From Gemmatimonadota bacterium (GTDB taxonomy: Bacteria > Gemmatimonadota > Gemmatimonadetes > Gemmatimonadales > GWC2-71-9), in assembly GCA_003221005.1 (NCBI GenBank), contig QHTZ01000067.1, positions 11,417 to 75,416 on the forward strand: a stretch of 64,000 nucleotides of DNA. Reading direction: 5' to 3'. Under the pieces are notes generated by a model. The model was not told where the DNA came from. It was given only the letters and a program-made list of their open reading frames with translations, and made no database searches. This document shows positions 52,195-59,977 of the stretch, in pieces (within the stretch, counting starts at the first letter, position 1; every line of letters starts with the position of its first letter). The position numbers were made by a program, and so were the translations under genes.

Positions 52195-52296
52195 TCACCA
52201 GCCCTGGAGATGCCGCTGCAGATCGAAGGAGGACGACGTCGTGCCCGTGCTGGGAGCGCCGGCGATGATGAAGTTCGGAAGCCGCGCGGCGGGCTC
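52195..52296 (-). pseudogene. N-terminal remnant of a sulfotransferase
   Basis: Reads EPAARLPNFIIAGAPSTGTTSSSFDLQRH, aligning with KLPTFFLAGVPKAGTSSLYAYLQQH of 56794..57786; no start codon, early stop. Confidence 0.65.
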
Positions 52297-53773
52297 AGAA
52301 CCCACTGGTCTCGGGTCGTTGATAGCGCACGAGTCGTTGCAGCGCTTGCAGTTCGAGCGGCAAACCGTAAAGGCGCGTCCGGTATCGCCACGCGCTCACC
52401 CCGCGGAGCACCCTGCGCCACATGCCCGTCAGATGCGCGTCGGTGGACGTCGGATAGTACGCATTGAGCACGCGCTCAAAATCGCGGACTCGCTGCCGCA
52501 GGGCGCGATTGAGCCAGGGCACCACGTCGCTGTACCGTTGCGCAAACCGTTGCCAAGGGTCGCTGATCCATTCGTCGAGCGTTTTGGGAAAATGAAAGCC
52601 CTCCGCCTGCGCTGCGTCGTACAAGTCGCCTGCGAGCGGTACTGGCGTGTAGTTGTACATGATGATCTCGCTGCGCGAATTGATCACCTTGACGCGGCGG
52701 ATGAACTCGATCGTGTGGCGCACGTCGCCTTCCGCGTCTGGCGGGTTCCCCAACACAAACGAAAATTCTGGCACGATGTCGTAGTCCTTCATCTTACCGG
52801 CTAACTCGAGCGTCTTGTCGGGCGACATCGTGCCGCCCTTGTCCATTCGCTGTAACGTCTCGAGCGATCCAGATTCCGCGCCCAGAAAAACCATCTTCAG
52901 ACCCGAATCGCGCATCAGGCGCCACGTCTTCTCGGAGTACTTCAGCAGCGTGTCAATGCGCGCCTCGCCCCACCACGCCAGCCCGAGCGGCAGGATGCGT
53001 TCGGCGAATTCCGCAGTGCGCGCCTCGTGGGTGAAGAAATTGTTGTCGTAGAATTCGATCGCGTTGATGCGCCATTCGTTCACGTACATTTGCGCAATGT
53101 CGGCCACGCGCGCCGCGGCCTGAGGCAGCCAGCGCCCGTTCACCATGTTCACCACGGCGCAAAAATTACAAAAGAAGGGACAGCCGTAGCTCGAATGATG
53201 TGGCAGAGTGCGCGACCCGAGGAAGGTCGGTCGGATGTAGCGCTGAATGTCAATCCGATGATAGGGGAACGGCGGGAGACGGTCGGGGTGCGGAATTGGC
53301 GCGAGTCCATTCTGCACTACCTGGCCGCTCGCATCCCGATATGCCAACCCTGCGATGCCACCATGATCGGAATTCTTCCCCAATGCATCCAGCAAATTCA
53401 GGAACACCGTCTCGCCGTGGCCGCGCACCGTGAAGTCGACCGCGGGGTCCTGGAGAATCACGTCTGAGTGCTGTGTCGGGAAATAGCCGCCCCACACGAT
53501 CTGCAGATGCGGAAATTCCCTCTTCAAGGCGCGCGAATGCGGCACCGCCCACGCCAGCTGCGGTCCGGGCATCACCGTGATCGCCAACAGATTCGCGCCC
53601 GCCGTGATTCGCGCTCGCAGCGTCGTCAGCGCGTCGCCTTCGCAATTCCCGTCCACCAGGGTGTACTCGTAGTTGCCTTCGAGCAGCGCGCCCAACGCGA
53701 GCAGCGACATAGGCAAGATCCGCTTACCCGAGCCGTTGCTCACGGGATTGTAGAACACAATGTTCGGCCTCAT
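52295..53773 (-). CDS. Cobalamin-dependent radical SAM protein (type B, copy 2)
   Basis: IVFYNP..LPMSLL, VWGGYFPT, GHGE, YGCPFFCNFC and GAESG motifs. Confidence 0.92.
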   Translation of the reverse strand: MRPNIVFYNPVSNGSGKRILPMSLLALGALLEGNYEYTLVDGNCEGDALTTLRARITAGANLLAITVMPGPQLAWAVPHSRALKREFPHLQIVWGGYFPTQHSDVILQDPAVDFTVRGHGETVFLNLLDALGKNSDHGGIAGLAYRDASGQVVQNGLAPIPHPDRLPPFPYHRIDIQRYIRPTFLGSRTLPHHSSYGCPFFCNFCAVVNMVNGRWLPQAAARVADIAQMYVNEWRINAIEFYDNNFFTHEARTAEFAERILPLGLAWWGEARIDTLLKYSEKTWRLMRDSGLKMVFLGAESGSLETLQRMDKGGTMSPDKTLELAGKMKDYDIVPEFSFVLGNPPDAEGDVRHTIEFIRRVKVINSRSEIIMYNYTPVPLAGDLYDAAQAEGFHFPKTLDEWISDPWQRFAQRYSDVVPWLNRALRQRVRDFERVLNAYYPTSTDAHLTGMWRRVLRGVSAWRYRTRLYGLPLELQALQRLVRYQRPETSGF

Positions 53774-54465
53774 GGAGCCACGCGAATCTCGTACACGGTC
53801 AATTTCTCGTTGATCAAGTCGCGTTCGCGTACGACACGCACGCTCAGATGGGTTGCCGACCACAGCGCCGTGGCGATGTCGCCATCACTCGAGAGCACGA
53901 CGAGAGCGCGCCCCCCGGGCGTCAGGTGTGCGGGGACCTCACGCAGAAAGCGATCGAAGACATCGAGGCTCCGCCATGCGGAGTCGGAGAGGTTCCGCGG
54001 CCGGCCGCGAAAGTACGGGGGGTTGAAGAGGATCACGTCAAAGCGCTCACCGTGCACCGGCTCGAACAAATCGCCCACGCGGATTTCAATCCGCCGTTCG
54101 AGGCCGTGCGCCAGGGCGTTGAGCTGGGCACAGCGTGCCGCTTGCGGGTTAATGTCCGTCGCAATCACTTGCGCGGCGTAGCGGGCGGCAAAAATCGCAC
54201 CCAGGCCAGAGCCAGTGCCGACGTCGAGCGCGCGCGCGTCGGGTGGACAGATGTTCACATTGAGCGTCTGTGCGAGAAAGGCGCCCGTCCGCAGCTGCGC
54301 GCCGTTGAAAACGCCAGGGAGCACGACGATCCGCACCCCGCTGACGGTGTCGACGCGCAGCTGTGTATCCTCCCGCAACCGCAGCCGTCGCCACAGGCGC
54401 CAAGACCAGCGAGATACCGCGCGGGCCCAGCCCTGGCTGCCCGCGCCCCATTGCCCCAGGTTCAT
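53770..54465 (-). CDS. HemK/PrmC-like N-methyltransferase
   Basis: LDVGTGSG and the FNPPY motif typical of amide/amine N-methyltransferases. Confidence 0.87.
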   Translation of the reverse strand: MNLGQWGAGSQGWARAVSRWSWRLWRRLRLREDTQLRVDTVSGVRIVVLPGVFNGAQLRTGAFLAQTLNVNICPPDARALDVGTGSGLGAIFAARYAAQVIATDINPQAARCAQLNALAHGLERRIEIRVGDLFEPVHGERFDVILFNPPYFRGRPRNLSDSAWRSLDVFDRFLREVPAHLTPGGRALVVLSSDGDIATALWSATHLSVRVVRERDLINEKLTVYEIRVAP

Positions 54466-54484
54466 GCGCGACCTCCGGGGCTGT

Positions 54485-55558
54485 TCATAGCGCCGTCCGC
54501 ACTCCGACCTGCAGTGTGCAGACGCAGCGGCGACAAGTCGCGTCTGCTGCAACATTCAATCCGCGCCGAAACGCGACCATCTCGTTCGCCAAGATCTCGC
54601 GCAAGCGCCTTTCGCGAATGTTGCCAACCACCGGGTGGAAATAGCACGGACGTACCGCGCCGTCGGCTTCGACCACGGCGCTTGCCCACGGCGCGTTGCA
54701 CCGTACCGAGGGAAAGTCAGCAAGCCCGCGCTGTGCGGCGTAGTACTTGGGCAACCGCCGCAACTTCTCCGGTGCCTCGGCAACAAACCGGGACTCGAAA
54801 TCCCTGGCGTGTGAGGCAATGGTGTCCTCAACCACCCGCGCGAATTCCTCGATCTCGTCCTTCTTCAGGAGCAGTCCTCGCATCGAGGACGCTGTCCGCA
54901 AGGTCCTCTCCGCTGCGGCGCCACCCGCCGTAGACGTTCGTCCGAACGCTTCGCTCGTCACGTCGGCGGCAAGAAACGAGATCCCATCGAGTCCCATGGC
55001 GTGCGCCTTGTCGATCAACTGGGACAGCTCCCCAAAGTTGTGACGATGGATGGTGCTGCGCGCCAGCACGGGCATCAGCGGCGACAAGGTCTTCAAGCGT
55101 TTCACGCCGCTCTCGATTACCCTGAGCCCGTCCACCCCGCGAATCTGGTGATACAGCGAGGCGGTGTGCCCGTCCAGGGAAATTGTCACCCGCTCAAAGT
55201 GCTCGACGACCGCCGCCGCATCACGTTCGAGAAACAAGCCGCTCGTCAGCAGATGCAATCTCACGCCGCGGGCTCGGAACAGCGCAGCAATCTGGTACAC
55301 GTCGCGCCGCAGCGTCGGCTCCCCGCCCGAGAACGTCACCAGCCGCGTCCTGAGGGCTGGCAGCTCGTCGGTCAACCCGCGAATCTCGTCGAGCGTCAAA
55401 TCGCCGGCACCATCCGCCTTCCACCAGTCGCACGACACGCAGCGGGAGTTGCAGCGCGCGGTCGGAAAAAAAATGAGGATCGGCAGGGCAAACGTGCGAT
55501 CGGTCGCGCGATTGAGCTGCACGAGCAAATTGCTCGTGACCTGCGGGAGCGTTAACAT
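54485..55558 (-). CDS. Radical SAM protein with SPASM/Twitch domain
   Basis: CNSRCVSC and FSGGEP; C-terminal CNAPW..GAVRPC..VGN..CRRCVC. Confidence 0.9.
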   Translation of the reverse strand: MLTLPQVTSNLLVQLNRATDRTFALPILIFFPTARCNSRCVSCDWWKADGAGDLTLDEIRGLTDELPALRTRLVTFSGGEPTLRRDVYQIAALFRARGVRLHLLTSGLFLERDAAAVVEHFERVTISLDGHTASLYHQIRGVDGLRVIESGVKRLKTLSPLMPVLARSTIHRHNFGELSQLIDKAHAMGLDGISFLAADVTSEAFGRTSTAGGAAAERTLRTASSMRGLLLKKDEIEEFARVVEDTIASHARDFESRFVAEAPEKLRRLPKYYAAQRGLADFPSVRCNAPWASAVVEADGAVRPCYFHPVVGNIRERRLREILANEMVAFRRGLNVAADATCRRCVCTLQVGVRTAL

Positions 55559-55764
55559 GGCTTTGGAGAGAGTCTATAGTAGCGTGCCTACGGAATGTCC
55601 ACACGTGGAGTGGCTCACCCTCGAGCAGCCGCACCCCAGCCCGGCGTCGCTTCCTGAGACGGCTTGCCTTTCATGAAGTCATTGCCGTTCTGGGCCTCGG
55701 GGCGCCAGTGCCGTCGGCACGTATGCGAACAGCATGAAGCCGCTGAGACAGGTATCGTTCCTCC

Positions 55765-56739
55765 GTGAACCCAGGCACGCTGATATCGATCATCATTCCC
55801 ACGTACAACCGGGCCAGGCTCCTGCGTGAAGCGGTGGAGTCGGTCCTCGCTCAAACATATCACGACTGGGAGCTGCTCGTGATTGACGACGGCTCTACCG
55901 ACGGCTCCCGCACGTACCTCGGGACGCTCGCCCACCGGCGCCTTCGCCCGGTCCTGTTGGAGCACTCCGGCAACGCAGCACGGGTTCGCAATGCGGGACT
56001 TCGCGCAGCCCGTGGCTCATACATCGCGTTCCTGGATTCGGACGATCTCTGGCACCCGGAGAAACTCGCACTTCAGATCGAGGACATGCACGCGCATCCT
56101 GAATGTGGCTGGAGCTATACTGGTCTGGCGCTTGTGGACGAGCGGGGGCAAGAGATCCCGCCGGTTGGCGGCCGCCGTGTGCCAGCTCAGCGGGGCTGGA
56201 TTCTCGAGGCCTTGATCAAGGGACAGGCTATCGCCGCCACCTCAGCAGTGCTCGTGCGGCGACAACTGCTCCAGAGGGTGGGCGACTTCGATGAATCCCT
56301 GCCCGTTTGTGAGGAGATCGATCTCTTCTTCAGATTCGCCGAGGCGAGCCCGGCGACCGTCGTGTGCCGGCCGTTGGTGTCGTGCCGTCGCCACCCGGGA
56401 AATGGGCCCTGGCCCCCCCTCGACGTCCTCGAGTGCAGGAATCGGGTTTACGACGGCCTGCTGGCCCGCACGTCGTCGCGGCGGCTGCGGCGCATCTGTC
56501 GACGGAGCAAGCTACGATTCACCGTGGCCCATCTGGGCAGGCTGCGAAGGACCGGGCTGTACGCCGAAACTCGACAGGCGCTTTCAATGTCGTTCCCGTA
56601 TGCAGGATTGCACCCGGCGTGGTGGGTCGCGTGCCTCCAGACATGGCTGCGGCGTTCGCCGGGAGGTGGGCCAGCGTCCCTCCGGCCCCCCCAAGGCCGT
56701 GCTGATCCGCCGCCAGTGGCTCGCGGTTCTTCTTCCTGA
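55765..56739 (+). CDS. GT2 glycosyltransferase
   Basis: SIIIPTYN, IDDGSTD, RNAG and FLDSDD motifs. Confidence 0.92.
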   Translation: MNPGTLISIIIPTYNRARLLREAVESVLAQTYHDWELLVIDDGSTDGSRTYLGTLAHRRLRPVLLEHSGNAARVRNAGLRAARGSYIAFLDSDDLWHPEKLALQIEDMHAHPECGWSYTGLALVDERGQEIPPVGGRRVPAQRGWILEALIKGQAIAATSAVLVRRQLLQRVGDFDESLPVCEEIDLFFRFAEASPATVVCRPLVSCRRHPGNGPWPPLDVLECRNRVYDGLLARTSSRRLRRICRRSKLRFTVAHLGRLRRTGLYAETRQALSMSFPYAGLHPAWWVACLQTWLRRSPGGGPASLRPPQGRADPPPVARGSSS

Positions 56740-56793
56740 CAGTCAGTCATTGCGCACGCCGCGATGACGCTCAAGACGAGCCGGACCGTCCAG

Positions 56794-57786
56794 TCAGCGG
56801 AGCCACGCCGAGAGGTCGCGGCCAATGAAGTCGGCTGTGCCCAAGATCTGTTCGCGGTAGTAGTCGATGACCATGGCGCGATCGGCGGGATCCATGGTCA
56901 CGGCGGTCCGCGGTCCGCGGTACAGGCGCACGAGGAGTCGGCGGGCCGGTTCAGGGAGCCGAGTCGTCAGGGCTACCTCGCCAAGCAACCGTCGGCGCAA
57001 GGCGTGCAGGCGCGGGAACCGCGGTACGACGGGCACATTGTGCCGGCGCGATAGGTCCACTGGCACGTCGGGATCGATCTCCAGGAACTCAAAGATGTCC
57101 CGCAACACCGACCGCGCGTCCGCGCAAAAATCCTCGTATAAGTAGACGCGGAGGTGCTTTCGGGGGAACAAGGCCGCGTAGCGCTGCAGGTGGGTCGCGT
57201 ATCGCCCCACGAGCACCCTCAGACCCTTCCAGGGATCCGGTCGGTCCGCTGCCTCGAGAAACTGAGCGCGGAATGTCTGGAGGCGGGGACGACGCCACAG
57301 GTTCGCCGCATACTCTGAGAACAGTCGCTGAGCCGGGTCTCGCAGCACGAAAATTAGGCGCGCGTCCGGCACGTGCGCGTGAATCGCCTCAGCGGCGCTG
57401 GGTAACCAGACATGATCGACGCTCGCGTCACCGATGGCGGTCTCCTCGCGCACACGCTGGAAGAGCTCCAGATAGTCCTCCCACTTTGCGACGACCCACC
57501 TTCTCCCAGATACGTACTCCCACTTCGCGACTGCCCACCGTCTCTCAGGCTCCACCAGGCCCTTCCAATGCGGGTGCAAGTCTTCGAGCTCCTGCATTGA
57601 CTGGCGCACGACGCGATCACCGTTCGCGTCAGACAGGATGTCGGCCGCTCCGAAGAACGTCGGCTCCTTTGGCCAGCACATGTAAACCTGGGGATGTTGT
57701 TGCAGGTAGGCGTACAGCGAGGAGGTGCCGGCTTTGGGCACGCCCGCGAGAAAGAACGTCGGGAGCTTGCCCGTACCAGGTGTCAT
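56794..57786 (-). CDS. PAPS-dependent sulfotransferase
   Basis: 5'-PSB loop GVPKAGTSSL and 3'-PB LRDPAQRLFS. Confidence 0.9.
   Translation of the reverse strand: MTPGTGKLPTFFLAGVPKAGTSSLYAYLQQHPQVYMCWPKEPTFFGAADILSDANGDRVVRQSMQELEDLHPHWKGLVEPERRWAVAKWEYVSGRRWVVAKWEDYLELFQRVREETAIGDASVDHVWLPSAAEAIHAHVPDARLIFVLRDPAQRLFSEYAANLWRRPRLQTFRAQFLEAADRPDPWKGLRVLVGRYATHLQRYAALFPRKHLRVYLYEDFCADARSVLRDIFEFLEIDPDVPVDLSRRHNVPVVPRFPRLHALRRRLLGEVALTTRLPEPARRLLVRLYRGPRTAVTMDPADRAMVIDYYREQILGTADFIGRDLSAWLR
57478..57544. repeat. 39-bp-period in-frame duplication within the sulfotransferase
   Basis: ctcccactttgcgacgacccaccttctc / ctcccacttcgcgactgcccaccgtctc; protein RRWAVAKWE..RRWVVAKWE. Confidence 0.8.
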
Positions 57787-57794
57787 CAGATGGA

Positions 57795-57824
57795 ACGGTA
57801 CCGCCGGCGGACGCGCACCGTCAA
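57795..57824 (-). promoter_or_regulatory. Putative promoter of the sulfotransferase
   Basis: TTGACG, 18 bp, TACCGT, 8 nt, ATG 57786. Confidence 0.5.
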
Positions 57825-57956
57825 TTGGAAGCCCTTCGGGGGCTTCAAGTTCCGGATCGACCTCCCGTCACCGAGCCTGCTCGCGACGCTGTGATCATGA
57901 GCCACGTGGACCTCGTCATTCGAGCTGCGGACCTGCGGACAGTAGTGCAGGCGTCC

Positions 57957-58051
57957 CAGAGGGCGCACCGCCCCGTCCAGACCGGGATCGCGCACCTTCA
58001 CCGATAGACCTTGGAGAGTCGCTCCGCGACGATCACGGCGGCGTTCGCCAT
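57957..58051 (-). pseudogene. 5' remnant of an ABC transporter ATPase gene
   Basis: [17 protein letters not shown], then by a 1-nt shift [15 protein letters not shown], resembling ABC-2 ATPase N-termini; no Walker A follows. Confidence 0.5.
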
Positions 58052-58111
58052 GGGCGAACCGTGCATCGGCCCACGCGTCCCCGGGAACCGCGGGGCGGCG
58101 GGAGGCAGCCG

Positions 58112-59093
58112 CTATTCCCGCTGCGCCGCGGTCTGGAACAGTGGCAGGTACTGCGCGTACCCCTCTTCCCCCAACCGCTCCACAGGCATGACCCGCAGCC
58201 GAGCGGACTTCGGTGCGGGTCATGAACAGGCTGCGATCCGTCTTCTCTTTCACGTTCGGCGCCTCGAGCGGCCGCGTGAAACTCGGCCATCCGGTGCCGG
58301 AGTCGAACTTGTCGAATGAGCTGAAGAGCGGCTCCCCCGAGACCACGTCCACGTAGATCCCCGGATGGTGGTTGTCCCAGAAGTCGTTGTGGAACGGCCG
58401 CTCGGTGGCCTCGTGCTGCGTGACCTCATACTGCAGCGGCGTGAGCGAGCCCTTGAGCTCGGCGTCGCCCGGCTTTCGAAACTGCATGGGATTCCATCCT
58501 TTCTGACTCGCCACTCTGGATGCGTCCGCGCCCCACACTTCGCGCAGCCGCCGGTCGCGACCGCAGCCCAGGCGGTAGGCCTTGTAATACGCGGAATTCT
58601 TCCGATAGAAGTGCTGATGACGTTCCTCCGCAGGGTAGAACGCGGCCGCCGGCGCGATCAGCGTCACGATCGGCTGCCGAAACCGCCCCTCGAGGCTCCG
58701 CTTCGATTGCTCCGCGAGCCGCTGCTGCGTCGAGTCGTGGTAGAAGATCGCCGTGTGGTACTGCGGCCCGTGGTCGCAGAACTGGCCGTCGGCCTGGAGC
58801 GGATCGATGTTGTGCCAGAACGCGTCGAGTAGCGTCTCGTACGTCACCTTCCGCGGATCGTAGACGACCCGGACCGACTCGAGGTGCCCGGTGCCGCCGC
58901 TCGAGACTTCCTCGTACGTCGGATTTGCCGTGCGACCTCCAGTGAAGCCCACGGTCACCGCAGTGACGCCGTCGAGCTGGTCGAAGGGATGCTCCATTGA
59001 CCAGAAGCAGCCGCCTGCGAAGATCGCCGTGGCGCTGTCGCTCGGCGCCGCACCGGCGAGGAGCAGGCTGAGGACCGTGGACATGAAGAGCAT
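58112..59093 (-). pseudogene. msrAB: Exported MsrA-MsrB fusion; MsrA intact, MsrB disrupted by a deletion with frameshift
   Basis: MsrA GGCFW, GHLE and AEERHQ; Msr[17 protein letters not shown] and RTEVRS; HLGH and RYC segment missing; tail [21 protein letters not shown] continues in another frame to TAG at 58112. Confidence 0.85.
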
Positions 59094-59179
59094 CTGGCTG
59101 GCTCCGATCGGGTTGAGTCGCTTGGCGACGCTCTCAATCTCGCCACGCGAACCCGCGGAGTGAAGCACCAGGACCGTCG

Positions 59180-59206
59180 GTGAGAGAACTGTCATCCTTC
59201 ACTCAT
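59180..59206. promoter_or_regulatory. Putative response-regulator binding site upstream of msrAB
   Basis: GTGAGAG-AA-CTGTCAT-CCTT-CACTCAT; same architecture as 62654..62680. Confidence 0.55.
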
Positions 59207-59302
59207 TCGGGAGGCGCGCAGCAGGGCACCGAACATTAGAACGGTCTCATCGGACGTCGCCGCTCGTTGCCGGCCTGGCCGGCTCCCCCGTAGCTTAGCG
59301 GC

Positions 59303-59977
59303 GTGCAGATCCTCGTGGTAGAAGACGATCGCGACCTGCGACGCTTTCTGAGCAAGGCGTTCCGCGAGGAGGGCTATGGGGTGGCCGAGACCGACTCCGG
59401 TGACCGGGCCCTCGACCGCGCTCTCGACGGCAGCTACAGCTGCATCATCCTGGACGTGATGCTGCCGGGGCGGGACGGCTTTAGCGTCGTCGCGGAGCTG
59501 CGCCAGCGCGGGGTCTTCACCCCGGTGCTGATGCTCACTGCCAAGGACGAGCTCGACGCCCGAGTGCGGGGGCTCGAAGGCGGCGCGGACGACTATCTCA
59601 CCAAACCGTTCGACTTGTCTGAGCTGATCGCGCGGGTGCACGCCATGATTCGCCGTTCCGAACTGCGCCACAAGGATGCAACGCTGAAGGTGGGCAACAT
59701 CGTCCTCGACCCGCTGACCCGCCGGGTGACGCAGGACGGGCGCGTCGTGGATCTGAGCCCGCGGGAGTTTTCCCTGCTCGAGTTCCTCATGCGCAACGCC
59801 GGCCGCACCGTGTCCCGCTCGCGCATCGCCGAGGCGGTCTGGAACTACAAGTTCGACCCGGAGACCAACGTGGTCGACGTCTACGTCAACTACCTCCGGA
59901 AGAAGCTCAGTTTCGCGGGAGCCACGGCGCCGATCCGCACGGTGCGCGGCACGGGCTACCGGCTCGAGACGCCGTGA
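59303..59977 (+). CDS. OmpR-family response regulator (CusR/HprR-like)
   Basis: ILVVEDD, ILDVMLP, GADDYLTKPF, wHTH NVVDVYVNYLRKK and RGTGY. Confidence 0.95.
   Translation: MQILVVEDDRDLRRFLSKAFREEGYGVAETDSGDRALDRALDGSYSCIILDVMLPGRDGFSVVAELRQRGVFTPVLMLTAKDELDARVRGLEGGADDYLTKPFDLSELIARVHAMIRRSELRHKDATLKVGNIVLDPLTRRVTQDGRVVDLSPREFSLLEFLMRNAGRTVSRSRIAEAVWNYKFDPETNVVDVYVNYLRKKLSFAGATAPIRTVRGTGYRLETP

Noticed and set aside
39268-53773. Naming the B12-radical SAMs as BchE, HpnP/HpnJ or MiaB/RimO
   Set aside because: No photosynthesis or hopanoid genes nearby and no TRAM/UPF0004 domains; specific orthology cannot be supported
54485-55558. PqqE/MftC/NirJ assignment
   Set aside because: No pqq, mycofactocin or heme d1 partner genes and no PqqD/RRE domain in the window
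55559-55764. Short ORFs in the divergent intergenic region as RiPP precursors
   Set aside because: No RBS or leader-like features; reads as promoter DNA
38931-58111. Island as a prophage, ICE or transposon
   Set aside because: No integrase, transposase, phage gene, tRNA or flanking direct repeat detected
57786-59195. 469-aa ORF as a MsrA-MsrB-novel domain fusion
   Set aside because: The C-terminal part is frameshift readthrough after the msrB deletion, crossing intergenic DNA and the ABC remnant
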